From positions 4,540 to 68,539 of the forward strand of contig JAKSIK010000012.1 of NCBI GenBank assembly GCA_024398835.1: a stretch of 64,000 nucleotides of DNA. The letters run 5' to 3'. The position numbers and the translations under genes were made by a program. Below, piece after piece: positions 1-9,637 of the stretch (its first letter is position 1; every line of letters begins with the position of its first letter). Under the pieces are notes generated by a model. That model searched no databases. It had not been told where the DNA came from and was given only the letters and a program-made list of their open reading frames with translations. Source of the stretch: Fibrobacter sp. Its GTDB lineage: Bacteria; Fibrobacterota; Fibrobacteria; Fibrobacterales; Fibrobacteraceae.

Positions 1-106
1 CGATCGAGTCGGGGATGACGAAGGCAGGGCTGCGCGAGGATTACGAGGGTAGTGCGAGGATTACGAGGGTAGTGCGAGGATTACGAGGGTAGCGCGGGGA
101 ATGACG
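1..106. repeat. CGTC-type REP (truncated by window edge) followed by 20-bp tandem half-repeats
   Basis: CGATCGAGTCGGGGATGACG at 1-20; GCGAGGATTACGAGGGTAG(T/C) three times at 34-93; GCGGGGAATGACG at 94-106. Confidence 0.8.
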
Positions 107-110
107 CACA

Positions 111-143
111 AGAAAGGGCACCCGCAGTTGCGGATGCCTTCTT
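111..143 (-). terminator. probable intrinsic terminator downstream of the 173..385 gene
   Basis: imperfect hairpin AAGGGCACCCGC-AGTT-GCGGATGCCTT with A-rich/T-rich flanks. Confidence 0.6.
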
Positions 144-172
144 AGGGTAAAAAGCAGTAAGAACTGCGCAGA

Positions 173-385
173 CTACTCTGCCGGCAGGATAATTTCAATG
201 TGGCTAGTACTTACATTCAAAAAGTGCGTGCGGAACAAGTCCTTCTCGGTACGGTCACTGACCTTCACCTGAGTTACAGCGATGAAGTCCTTATTTTCGC
301 GAATGTAATCCGTAAGGCGTTCGTCACGAAGGGTGTCGATTTCGCCAGTAATGATAAAACTATCTGTCCAAATTTTTACGAGCAT
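173..385 (-). CDS. small conserved hypothetical protein (DUF6812-like)
   Basis: 70-aa ORF with I-x-G...RLTDY...FIAVT pattern; TATATTTG motif just upstream, hairpin downstream. Confidence 0.7.
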   Translation of the reverse strand: MLVKIWTDSFIITGEIDTLRDERLTDYIRENKDFIAVTQVKVSDRTEKDLFRTHFLNVSTSHIEIILPAE

Positions 386-512
386 GTTACAAATATAAAG
401 AATTTTCCAAATTGGAAGAAGATAAAATCAAAATTTTTTGCGTTTTTTTGCAGAAAAGAGTATTTTATTGAAGAATATTGCCATTCACATTTGTAAATGA
501 CGGAGGTTTTTT

Positions 513-1343
513 ATGGCTATTAAAAAGATGATTCATCCTGCACCAGGAAAAATGGCTTACCACAATGCTGAATTTATGGAAAGCGATGCTGGACGCCCTC
601 TCCGCATTTTGGCTGAATTTTTTGAACCCGGACTGGTCTTTGCCCAAGAAGATGTGCGCAATTCCATCGTTTTCTTCGGTTCTGCCCGCACTCTCCCCAT
701 GTCCGAAATCAAGAAACAGCGGAAAGGCTGCAAAGACAAGGCAAAACTTGCCCGATTGAAAGCCCTGGAATCTGTGGCTGAATACTACGATGCCGCACGA
801 GAACTTGGTGCAAAACTTGGACGTTGGGCCAACAAAAAGCATAACGGATACGCCATAATGACCGGCGGCGGTCCGGGCATTATGGAAGCGGGCAACCGTG
901 GCGCTACCGATGTAGGAACGCCTTCTATCGGTTTGAACATCAAGTTGCCCTTTGAGCAGCACCCTAATCCCTACATTGATGAAGCCTTGAACTTGCAGTT
1001 CCGCTACTTCTTTATCCGTAAGTATTGGTTCTTGAAGAAGGCTCGCGCATTGGTGGTCTTCCCCGGCGGTTTTGGGACCTTAGATGAGATGTTTGAAATG
1101 CTGACCCTTATCCAGACCGATAAGTACGCACAGCAGATTCCTGTCATCATCTTCGGCTCCAAGTTCTGGAAGAAAGCCGTCAATTGGGAATATTTTGCGG
1201 AAACGGGCATGATTAACAAGGAAGACTTGAAGCTTTTCCACTTCTGTGACGATGTGGACGAAGCCTACAAGATCATTACCGAAGCCTTGGAAAAGCAAGC
1301 CGACGAATGGACCGTACTCACTTGGAATAGAGAAATCAAGTAA
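513..1343 (+). CDS. LOG family (TIGR00730-type) nucleotide phosphoribohydrolase
   Basis: FGSAR, TGGGPGIMEAGNRGA, PGGFGTLDE motifs; GGAGG RBS upstream. Confidence 0.92.
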   Translation: MAIKKMIHPAPGKMAYHNAEFMESDAGRPLRILAEFFEPGLVFAQEDVRNSIVFFGSARTLPMSEIKKQRKGCKDKAKLARLKALESVAEYYDAARELGAKLGRWANKKHNGYAIMTGGGPGIMEAGNRGATDVGTPSIGLNIKLPFEQHPNPYIDEALNLQFRYFFIRKYWFLKKARALVVFPGGFGTLDEMFEMLTLIQTDKYAQQIPVIIFGSKFWKKAVNWEYFAETGMINKEDLKLFHFCDDVDEAYKIITEALEKQADEWTVLTWNREIK

Positions 1344-1345
1344 CC

Positions 1346-2446
1346 GTGCTTCGCAATTTTCTGGCAGAGTTCCTAGACAGGACATCCCGAAATCTGGCGC
1401 TGCGCCCCCAATACAGCATGGAGGAATACCAACGCTGGTTTGACCAGAATCCTGATTTTCTCCATAACGGCGCTATGGAGAAAATTGAGTTGCTGGAACC
1501 GCTTACCCTAGAGGGAACCAACAACCTCTACCGGGCGAACTTCTGGATTAAGCATCCCGGAGACGAGCGACATTATGGCGAGCGGGAAATCGTCGTGAAA
1601 ATCTGCAAATTCTGGGCGGCACGAGGCAAAAATCGCCTTCACCGTTTGAACATGCTTTTGAGCGCTTTTCAAGACGAAATCCGCATCAACAACTTGATTC
1701 GTGCGACCAACATCGAGGGAGTCGTCCAGAGTTTGGGCGGGGGTCTTGCCGGCAGGCACCCTTACCTGAAGATGGAATTCATCAAAGGTTGCTCCCTGGA
1801 CCGGCTGTTCAAAAAAGAGCTGACGGAAGAAGAACTTCTCCATCGCGTAGCTCAGATTGCCTACTTGGCCAATACCATTAGCCAATTACATTATTATCAG
1901 ATTGTCCATAAGGATTTGAAGCCCAAGAACCTGCTACTTTGCCAGGATCCAACCCACAAGAACAACCACAAAATTCTGGTTTGCGATTTTGGCTACGCGC
2001 AGGCAAAACTGCGAGAGACCGTGACGGAATACGGTGGTCAGCTGACTCCTTGCTATAGCGCACCGGAGCAAGCCATCATGGGTGAAAATCTCTCCGCATC
2101 TGTAGACTACTTCAGTTTTGGCATCATCATCCACGAATATCTGACGGGAGAAAAGCTTTTCCCTGACGCCATGAAAATTTTCGTGGAGGACGGATACAAG
2201 ATTACAGACCGTTATCTGGAGTATTTGAAACACGGGCGTGAAAACAAGTTTTCTAGCGAACTATTCCCGGAAATTAGTGAGTGGATTGACAGACTCACCA
2301 TTTTTGACAGCTTTGAGCGGATGCAAAATTGCCCTAATTTATTTGAAATGGCCCACAAATTGAGAGAAAAGGTAAATTCACTGGGTTATCGGGATGTGAA
2401 TACGGACTTTTTGTGGAACCAGTTGAACGAATACGGACGCAGGTAA
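1346..2446 (+). CDS. Hanks-type Ser/Thr protein kinase
   Basis: VVKI lysine, HKDLKPKN catalytic loop, DFG, YSAPEQ, DYFSFG motifs. Confidence 0.9.
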   Translation: MLRNFLAEFLDRTSRNLALRPQYSMEEYQRWFDQNPDFLHNGAMEKIELLEPLTLEGTNNLYRANFWIKHPGDERHYGEREIVVKICKFWAARGKNRLHRLNMLLSAFQDEIRINNLIRATNIEGVVQSLGGGLAGRHPYLKMEFIKGCSLDRLFKKELTEEELLHRVAQIAYLANTISQLHYYQIVHKDLKPKNLLLCQDPTHKNNHKILVCDFGYAQAKLRETVTEYGGQLTPCYSAPEQAIMGENLSASVDYFSFGIIIHEYLTGEKLFPDAMKIFVEDGYKITDRYLEYLKHGRENKFSSELFPEISEWIDRLTIFDSFERMQNCPNLFEMAHKLREKVNSLGYRDVNTDFLWNQLNEYGRR

Positions 2447-2450
2447 TTAG

Positions 2451-2485
2451 CAATTCACAATTCACAATTCACAATTCAAAATTTA
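2451..2485. repeat. heptamer tandem array (CAATTCA)n
   Basis: four CAATTCA units followed by a degenerate AAATTTA unit. Confidence 0.9.
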
Positions 2486-2509
2486 GTTGCAAAATAAAGC
2501 TGCAGACTA

Positions 2510-4033
2510 ATGGGTAGTAAAATGAAGGCGAAGATTAAGGCATTTTTGAAGTTGTTCAAGGTTCACCATTTGGTGGTGTTCGCCGCAATTCTCGGCATTG
2601 GCATTTTCAATGCAGTGACGGCACTGACTCCCGAAATCAATCAGTTCTTCTTGGAGCGCAACATTACCAAGTCCTTCGACCAATGGTGGGATGAAGAGGG
2701 AGCCGCCCAAATCAAGGCTGTGGGGTTGGAGCCTGACGAAACAATCCGACAAGAAAAATACGAAGACTATCGCACGCGTTACCTCAAGCAGCAACATTCC
2801 TACATTGTGGAAGACCGCTTGGAAGAAATGCGGCACGAGTTTCGGGAATGGTGGGAAATCAAGGGCGGAAAGCAGCAATGGATTGACAGCCACGGGAACA
2901 GCTACCCCAATGAACAAATCTTTGAACAAGAATGGAAAGACTGGTCCAAAAAATTCCAGGATAAGCACATCCGCTATCGTTTGGCATTCATTCCAGCGGA
3001 CGACGAATACGAAAGACTTTTTACCTGCTGGATGTTGTTCCCTAGCTTCGTCGGCTTTTTGCTTTTTGCATTGCTCTTCGGCTTTGCGTACATGAAACTT
3101 TCGGACCGCTGGGGAGCCGTCATTGTCTTAGGTTGTTTCATTCTTCTCGCCATTGGAGGCGGATTCATCGTTTCCCTCTTTACGGGGACAAGTTTCTTTG
3201 ACCACTACGCTGGCGAACGCTACATGGGGTTGAGCATCGCCCTTGCCTTCTTTATGGGAGCAATGGCCTTTGGCCCCAATCAAGAAGAAATCCCTCTATG
3301 GGCCAAAATTCTCGCCTTTGTTGGCTTTATTGCTGATGTGGCCACAAACTGGATTATCAATTCTGGAATCTACGGAGCAGTTTCTATTGCATCACTCCTG
3401 ATTTTCGGGCTGGGCATCTTTGCCGGGATTAAAATTCCCACCCGTCGGAAAACGCTAGAAGAAGTGAAGGCGGAAGCGGCTGCAGAACGAATGGAGAAAG
3501 TCACCCATTCCTCACCCACAGACCAAAAGCGCAAAACCAGAGCCATTATCGACAGCGGATTAAGAGAAGCAAATCAAGGCCAGTACGAGAAGGCACAGCC
3601 GTTACTGAGTCAGGGAATGACCGCCCTTTTGCAGGAACCAACCGCCGATGTCGCCGCCATCAATTCTCTAGCAGAAAAGATGACTGACAAGAACATGTAT
3701 ATCGATATCAAAAATACCCAGTGGACGGAATGGGGCAAGAGCGCCAAGATGAAGAAAGTCTACGATGCGGCTCTACTCATGTTGGAAAAAGGTTTGAAAG
3801 GCGAAACCAGCGGTACTTACGCCCGCAGATGCCTTTATGACATTGGCGAAATTCGTGTGACGCAGAATATCTTGAAAGAAGAGGGAATCGCCCGACTCCA
3901 AAAAGTCATTTCTCTTGGTGATGGAGATATTCTAGCGCTGCAGGCGAAAAAATTGTTGCAACGCTATGCAGGCGATTCTGCAACAAAGACAGCGCCGCAG
4001 GCTCAACCGCCTGCGGGAAAAAATGGCAACTAA
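2510..4033 (+). CDS. membrane protein: N-terminal TM plus Trp-rich domain, central multi-TM rhomboid-like region, C-terminal TPR-like helices
   Basis: 507-aa ORF with about 6-7 hydrophobic segments; GLS motif at a GxSG-like position; helical C-terminus with TPR-like A/Y/L spacing. Confidence 0.6.
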   Translation: MGSKMKAKIKAFLKLFKVHHLVVFAAILGIGIFNAVTALTPEINQFFLERNITKSFDQWWDEEGAAQIKAVGLEPDETIRQEKYEDYRTRYLKQQHSYIVEDRLEEMRHEFREWWEIKGGKQQWIDSHGNSYPNEQIFEQEWKDWSKKFQDKHIRYRLAFIPADDEYERLFTCWMLFPSFVGFLLFALLFGFAYMKLSDRWGAVIVLGCFILLAIGGGFIVSLFTGTSFFDHYAGERYMGLSIALAFFMGAMAFGPNQEEIPLWAKILAFVGFIADVATNWIINSGIYGAVSIASLLIFGLGIFAGIKIPTRRKTLEEVKAEAAAERMEKVTHSSPTDQKRKTRAIIDSGLREANQGQYEKAQPLLSQGMTALLQEPTADVAAINSLAEKMTDKNMYIDIKNTQWTEWGKSAKMKKVYDAALLMLEKGLKGETSGTYARRCLYDIGEIRVTQNILKEEGIARLQKVISLGDGDILALQAKKLLQRYAGDSATKTAPQAQPPAGKNGN

Positions 4034-4773
4034 AAAAGTTCGTCCACTTTCGTTTTTGCAAGAACTCTATTGTAGATGATGCGGCGACCTTTGACGCCAT
4101 CGGGACCAACCCGATCTTTAGGCGGTTTTAAAAGGCTCGCCACCAGATGCGCCGCCACCGTTTCTGCATGAACAGGCCTGAAAAAACTGGGGAGAAATTC
4201 GGGATGTCGCCCGAAAACCTTTTGCATGAGGTCTTCGCCAAAACGGGGCTCCTTATGTTTCCCGAGAAGGAGCGACGGGCGGACCAGAGTGAGAGATTCA
4301 AAGCCCATCATGGTGAGGCCTTCTTCCAGCATGCCTTTGAGGCGATTGTAGAAGAAAGGGGACGCGGAATTTGCGCCTTGGGCGCTGACGCAGAGAAAAT
4401 GCTTGACGCCTTCTTTTTTGGCGATAGCAGCAAGAGATAGGGGAAGCCGGAGGTCGATTTTTTCTTGTGCGGCCTTGCTGCCCGCTTTTTTGAGGGTTGT
4501 GCCGAGGCAGCAAATGACCGCATCGCAACCGAGGAATCCGGCCCGAAGCGTTTTCAAATTTTCAGCACACGAAGCAGAAACATCTGCGCTTAGATTTTCA
4601 AAATTAATTTGTTCAAAGCCCACTTTTGAGGAGCCCTCGGATATTCCCAATTCACTGGACTGAGGAACAGTACGAACAGGACAATAGATATGCTGTATTT
4701 GGTCCAAACGCGCCAAAAGTTTTAGCACATTCTTACCGACTAGCCCTGTAGAGCCCAACAATGCGACTTTCAT
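4030..4773 (-). CDS. NAD(P)H-binding atypical SDR (TIP30/YraR-like)
   Basis: GSTGLVG Rossmann motif, CCLGTT, YNRLKG, RPSLLLG. Confidence 0.88.
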   Translation of the reverse strand: MKVALLGSTGLVGKNVLKLLARLDQIQHIYCPVRTVPQSSELGISEGSSKVGFEQINFENLSADVSASCAENLKTLRAGFLGCDAVICCLGTTLKKAGSKAAQEKIDLRLPLSLAAIAKKEGVKHFLCVSAQGANSASPFFYNRLKGMLEEGLTMMGFESLTLVRPSLLLGKHKEPRFGEDLMQKVFGRHPEFLPSFFRPVHAETVAAHLVASLLKPPKDRVGPDGVKGRRIIYNRVLAKTKVDELF

Positions 4774-4781
4774 AAAATTTT

Positions 4782-5780
4782 TTATTCTTCCTTAACTTCC
4801 TGCGAGGGAATCATCCAACCAACAGTATCTCCCTTAACAGGAAGAGCCGTTATTTTATCCTGTTCATCAACGATTACCACTATACCAGAAAGGTAATTTA
4901 CCCAATGGAATGGAGACTCAAAACTTTTGAGATTGATTGTCCTATTGGAGACAAACGCAATCAATGGTTCCACAAGGACATCATGGGAAACAAGAATGCT
5001 CACGCGCTCCCACTTAGGCATATTTGCCACAATAACTTCATTCACAAACTGATTGCCTCGAGCAAAGAAATCTTCATAAAAACAAGGTTGGGCTTTCTGA
5101 TCCGCGGCATTTGTACTACTGAAAGCATCGTAAGAATAACGAGCGATATATTTGGGTGAACCGCCGCTCTTTCCCATAAGGGCATCCAATGTGTCCGAGG
5201 GAACGGTGAGGAAATAAGCTCCATCAATTCCATCCCATGTTTCAACCTCAGCTTTTTCACCACGCGCCTCAGCAATGAGTTCAGCGGTTTTACGCGTCCG
5301 AACAAAATTGGTAGAAGCATAATGGAATTTTTCATCGCTTTTCAGTTTTGCGCCAAGATCTTTAGCCATCTGTTCACCAATAGGAGTCAATTGCGATTCA
5401 ACCCCTGTACTCTTATAGCGTTTAGAGTGGCGAATGACAAACGCAATTTTACTGGACTTAGGAACCGCCTTATACACATCTCCCATGTCATAAAAGCCAT
5501 CTTCATCAGGTGTAACAACAAGTCCTGTAGACGCCGGCATTGTAAAAAAGGTAAAGGGGTCTTGGTAATTTTTCGGCACATTTGTTGCCGAACTGGAACC
5601 CCCAAGCGGGTTAATATTTCCCTCAGAGGAAGTTCCCTCCGCGCTAGAAGACGATGCAACCTCATCAGAAGGACTTGACGAATTATCTCCGCATGCAGCC
5701 AATAGACAAGCAATCATTAGGACGGCTAGACTAAAAAATTTCTGTTTTATTTTTTTCATGGAGCAAAATAAATTCCGCAT
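4782..5780 (-). CDS. histidine-phosphatase superfamily lipoprotein
   Basis: lipobox LAAC-GD, Ser-rich linker, VIRHS (RHG-like), RTRKTA and VSHD motifs; start may be M8. Confidence 0.78.
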   Translation of the reverse strand: MRNLFCSMKKIKQKFFSLAVLMIACLLAACGDNSSSPSDEVASSSSAEGTSSEGNINPLGGSSSATNVPKNYQDPFTFFTMPASTGLVVTPDEDGFYDMGDVYKAVPKSSKIAFVIRHSKRYKSTGVESQLTPIGEQMAKDLGAKLKSDEKFHYASTNFVRTRKTAELIAEARGEKAEVETWDGIDGAYFLTVPSDTLDALMGKSGGSPKYIARYSYDAFSSTNAADQKAQPCFYEDFFARGNQFVNEVIVANMPKWERVSILVSHDVLVEPLIAFVSNRTINLKSFESPFHWVNYLSGIVVIVDEQDKITALPVKGDTVGWMIPSQEVKEE

Positions 5781-5978
5781 ATTTGTTCCTTTTTAGTTTT
5801 TTCTCTAATCTAACTTTTTCTTTTTGTAATTCCCATGGGACCTTCAACCCAAATCTGTTCCCCATCAAAAAATACATCAATTTATGGGTTTCTGCGTGTA
5901 AATGCTCTTTATGAAACACCTCAAAATTTCCTAAACTTACACACGAAAAATTAACCCCTAACCCATAGGCTTATTTTT

Positions 5979-8453
5979 ATGGCAAAAGCAACCAAAAAAG
6001 AATCTGTAGCACCTGTGCTCGGCACCGATGCGGAATCCTTCCGCAAGGCCTTTACCGACCACATCAACCACACTTTGGCCCGTAGTATGAACACCGTCAC
6101 GGACCATGAAAAGTTCTTGGCTGTTGCATACGCAGTCCGCGACCGCCTGGTGGACCGCTGGATCAAGACTCAGGAAACCTATTACAAGAAAGACGTGAAG
6201 CGCGTCTACTACCTGTCTCTGGAATTTTTGATTGGCCGCACTCTCGGCAACTCCGTTTTGAACCTGGATGTGGAAAGTGCCGTACAGGAAGCCCTGGATG
6301 AAGTGGGCATGACTTTGGACGAACTCCGCGAACAGGAAGTGGATGCTGGCCTCGGTAACGGTGGTCTCGGCCGTTTGGCAGCTTGCTTCCTCGACTCCAT
6401 GGCAACCCTCGAACTCCCGGCCATGGGTATGGGAATCCGTTATGAATACGGTATGTTCAGCCAGAAGATTGTGAACGGCGAACAGGAAGAACAGCCGGAT
6501 AACTGGCTCCGCCTGCCGAACCCCTGGGAAATCGCCCGCCCGGCCAACGCCATCAAGGTGCCTTTCTACGGCTACGTGGTGAGCTGGATGGACGACAAGG
6601 GCAAACTCCGCAACCGTTGGGAAACCAAGGACTACGTTCTCGCCCTCCCCTATGACACCCCAATTCCGGGCTACAAGAACAACACGGTGAACAACCTCCG
6701 CCTCTGGAGCGCCAAGTCCACCGACGATTTCGGCCTCAGCTACTTCAACAACGGCGACTACATTGCCGCCGTGCAGGACATGGAACTTTCTGAAACCATT
6801 TCCAAGGTGCTGTACCCCAACGACTCTTCCATGAACGGTAAGGAACTCCGCCTCAAACAGCAGTACTTCCTGTGCTCTGCCTCTTTGCAGGACATTATCA
6901 ACCGCTTCAAGAGAACCCACGGCAACGACTGGAAGGTGTTCCCCGAAAAGGTGGCGATTCAGCTGAACGACACGCACCCGGCAATCTCCATCGCCGAAAT
7001 GATGCGCATTCTTTTGGACATTGAGGAACTGGGCTGGGACGAAGCTTGGGACATTGTGACGAAGACCTTCGCCTACACCAACCACACCTTGATGCCAGAA
7101 GCTTTGGAAAAGTGGCCCGTGAGCTTGTTTGAAAGACTCCTTCCCCGCCACCTGCAGATTATTTACGAAATCAACGCCCGCTTCCTCCGCATGGTGAGCA
7201 TGAAGTGGCCTGGCGACAACGATCGTTTGGCCCGCATGAGCCTCATCCAGGAAGGTGGCGAAAAGATGATTCGTATGGCCTACCTCTCCATCGTAGGCTC
7301 CTTCGCCGTGAATGGCGTTGCTGCCCTCCACTCCGACCTTCTGAAGACCACCCTCTTCAAGGACTTCTACGAACTGTGGCCTGAAAAGTTCAACAACAAG
7401 ACGAACGGTGTGACGCCGCGCCGCTGGGTCCGCAAGGCTAACCCCGCTATGAGCGAACTCATTACCAGTAAGATTGGCGAATCCTGGGTCAAGGATTTGG
7501 ACGATTTGAAGAAGCTGGAAAAGTTTGCAAAGGATGCCGCCTTCCAGAAGGAATTCATGGCGGTGAAGAAGCAGAACAAGGAACGCCTGGCCAAGTACCT
7601 GAAGGAAACCCAGGGCGTGGACCTAGACACCAACATGTTCTTCGATGTGCAGGTGAAGCGTATTCACGAATACAAGCGCCAGCTGTTGAACATCCTCCAC
7701 GCCATTCACCTTTACATCCAACTGAAGGACGGCAAGGAAATCATGCCGCGCACCATCATGATTGGTGGTAAGAGCGCTCCGGGTTACTGGATGGCAAAGC
7801 AGATTATCCGCCTTGCGAACGCCGTGGCCGCCATCATTGATTCCGACCCCGTTTGCAAAGGCAAGCTGAAAATGGTGTTCCTGGAGAACTACCGCGTGTC
7901 CTTCGCCGAGAAGATTATTCCGGCTGCAGACCTCTCCGAACAGATTTCTACTGCCGGCACAGAAGCCTCTGGTACTGGCAACATGAAGTTCGCTTTGAAT
8001 GGAGCCCTCACCATCGGTACGCTTGATGGCGCTAACGTGGAAATGAAGGAAGAAATTGGCGATGAAAACATCTTCATCTTCGGCCTCACCGTGGAAGAAG
8101 TCACCGACCTCCTGGCCAAGGGCTACCGCCCCCGCGACTTCTACGAGAAGGATGATGACCTGCGTCGCGTGATTGACTTGATTGGTTCTGGCTTCTTCAG
8201 CCCGGATCGTCCGGACTTGTTCAAGCACATTGCAGACAAACTCCTCACCCACGACCCGTACATGCTCTGCGCTGATTTCCGCAGCTATGTGGACATGCAG
8301 GCCAAGGTGGCTAAGGAATACCTGAACAAGAAGGCTTGGGCTGAAAAGGCAATTCTCAACGTGGCTCGCATGGGCAAGTTCAGTTCCGACCGTACCATCA
8401 ACCAGTACGCTAAGGAAATCTGGAACGCCAAGGCCTGCCCCATCGACCTGTAA
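5979..8453 (+). CDS. glgP: glycogen/starch/alpha-glucan phosphorylase
   Basis: LGNGGLGRLAACF, QLNDTHP, KRIHEYKRQ, EASGTGNMK PLP-binding motif. Confidence 0.98.
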   Translation: MAKATKKESVAPVLGTDAESFRKAFTDHINHTLARSMNTVTDHEKFLAVAYAVRDRLVDRWIKTQETYYKKDVKRVYYLSLEFLIGRTLGNSVLNLDVESAVQEALDEVGMTLDELREQEVDAGLGNGGLGRLAACFLDSMATLELPAMGMGIRYEYGMFSQKIVNGEQEEQPDNWLRLPNPWEIARPANAIKVPFYGYVVSWMDDKGKLRNRWETKDYVLALPYDTPIPGYKNNTVNNLRLWSAKSTDDFGLSYFNNGDYIAAVQDMELSETISKVLYPNDSSMNGKELRLKQQYFLCSASLQDIINRFKRTHGNDWKVFPEKVAIQLNDTHPAISIAEMMRILLDIEELGWDEAWDIVTKTFAYTNHTLMPEALEKWPVSLFERLLPRHLQIIYEINARFLRMVSMKWPGDNDRLARMSLIQEGGEKMIRMAYLSIVGSFAVNGVAALHSDLLKTTLFKDFYELWPEKFNNKTNGVTPRRWVRKANPAMSELITSKIGESWVKDLDDLKKLEKFAKDAAFQKEFMAVKKQNKERLAKYLKETQGVDLDTNMFFDVQVKRIHEYKRQLLNILHAIHLYIQLKDGKEIMPRTIMIGGKSAPGYWMAKQIIRLANAVAAIIDSDPVCKGKLKMVFLENYRVSFAEKIIPAADLSEQISTAGTEASGTGNMKFALNGALTIGTLDGANVEMKEEIGDENIFIFGLTVEEVTDLLAKGYRPRDFYEKDDDLRRVIDLIGSGFFSPDRPDLFKHIADKLLTHDPYMLCADFRSYVDMQAKVAKEYLNKKAWAEKAILNVARMGKFSSDRTINQYAKEIWNAKACPIDL

Positions 8454-8506
8454 TAATCAGTATCAGCCCGATTCGAAATAAAAATTGAAGTTGGGCAAAC
8501 AGTCTC

Positions 8507-8538
8507 GGGTCCGCGATGAAAGTCGCGGGCCTTTTTTG
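8507..8538 (+). terminator. intrinsic terminator after glgP
   Basis: GGTCCGCGAT-GAAA-GTCGCGGGCC followed by TTTTTT. Confidence 0.8.
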
Positions 8539-8570
8539 CACCACAATCCATATCTTGTTATCTTTGAACT

Positions 8571-9635
8571 GTGATTATTGATGTTTCTAAAGAGAGAATG
8601 GTTGGCCTGGATGTTTTTCGCATTCTAGCGGTGCTTTTCGTATTTCTCTTTCACAGCCGCATTCATCATGGTTGCAACTACGGATTCCTAAACGATTTTA
8701 TTCAAATGGGCGCCGTCTTTATGACCGGATTCTTTATGTTGTCCGGTTTTGTTTTGCATGCCACATACAAGTCTCAGGTACTAAGCGAATTCCCAAATCT
8801 GAGAAAATTTTATCTAAAACGAATAGCCGGCATTTTACCCCTTTACTATCTTGTCGCGCTCGTATACATCCTTACTTTCGGGACTGAAAGTACTCTAGAA
8901 AATCTTGTTCTTCTGCCCATTGAAGCCCTGGGATTGCAGTCCGTGTTTTCCTCACTATTTGAGGTATCCCACAACAATGGGACCTGGTTTATCTCGTGTC
9001 TCCTTTTATGCTACCTCGTATTTCCACTTCTACACGAAATAGCAAAGCACATTTCACCTAAACTCAAAGTCATCTTTGTCCTAGTATGTACACTCATCCT
9101 GCTCTGGTCTCCTTTGATTGTACATTTTTTCAAAACAGACTCTATTTATTCCAATCCATTTTTTAGAATACTTGAATTTTTCATTGGGATTCTTCTCTGT
9201 TCTCTTTGCCAAGGAATTAACCTTCACTCCAAAAAATGGTTGTTTTGTTGGCCAACATTCTTCATTGAATTCGTCATTCTAGCGGGAGGCATTTCTCTTT
9301 GCGTGCATCATAATCTATTTGTAGGGAACTTCATGCTATATAATTGGATCGCACTTCCCTGTTTTGCCCTTATGCTTCTGACCCTTTCAAAAATTACCAC
9401 TCCCTGGCTAACGAAATCAAAAGTTCTGCGCTATCTAAGCGCACTTTCGTTCGCTTTCTTTATTGCACAGACGCTCAACACGGACATTGAAAACGCCTTA
9501 TTCCAAAAGTTCGCTATTGATGGAAACCTGCCTAAAATTTTGATTTCCTTCGGCGTTTGTTTCTTACTCGCTTTTCTCCTCCATGAAGTTGTTGAAAAGC
9601 CCATCTCCCGTTATTTAAGAAAGAAAATCAACTAA
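8571..9635 (+). CDS. acyltransferase family 3 (OafA-like membrane O-acyltransferase)
   Basis: GLDVFRILA..H, FFMLSGF, KRIAGILPLY, WFIS, VEKP motifs; about 10 TM segments. Confidence 0.9.
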   Translation: MIIDVSKERMVGLDVFRILAVLFVFLFHSRIHHGCNYGFLNDFIQMGAVFMTGFFMLSGFVLHATYKSQVLSEFPNLRKFYLKRIAGILPLYYLVALVYILTFGTESTLENLVLLPIEALGLQSVFSSLFEVSHNNGTWFISCLLLCYLVFPLLHEIAKHISPKLKVIFVLVCTLILLWSPLIVHFFKTDSIYSNPFFRILEFFIGILLCSLCQGINLHSKKWLFCWPTFFIEFVILAGGISLCVHHNLFVGNFMLYNWIALPCFALMLLTLSKITTPWLTKSKVLRYLSALSFAFFIAQTLNTDIENALFQKFAIDGNLPKILISFGVCFLLAFLLHEVVEKPISRYLRKKIN

Positions 9636-9637
9636 TT

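Noticed and set aside
5958..7331. Long antisense ORFs over glgP, and likewise over glnA, gyrA, NhaC, ffh, gpmI and 53616..54839
   Set aside because: Shadow ORFs caused by strong codon bias on the coding strand; no recognisable motifs.
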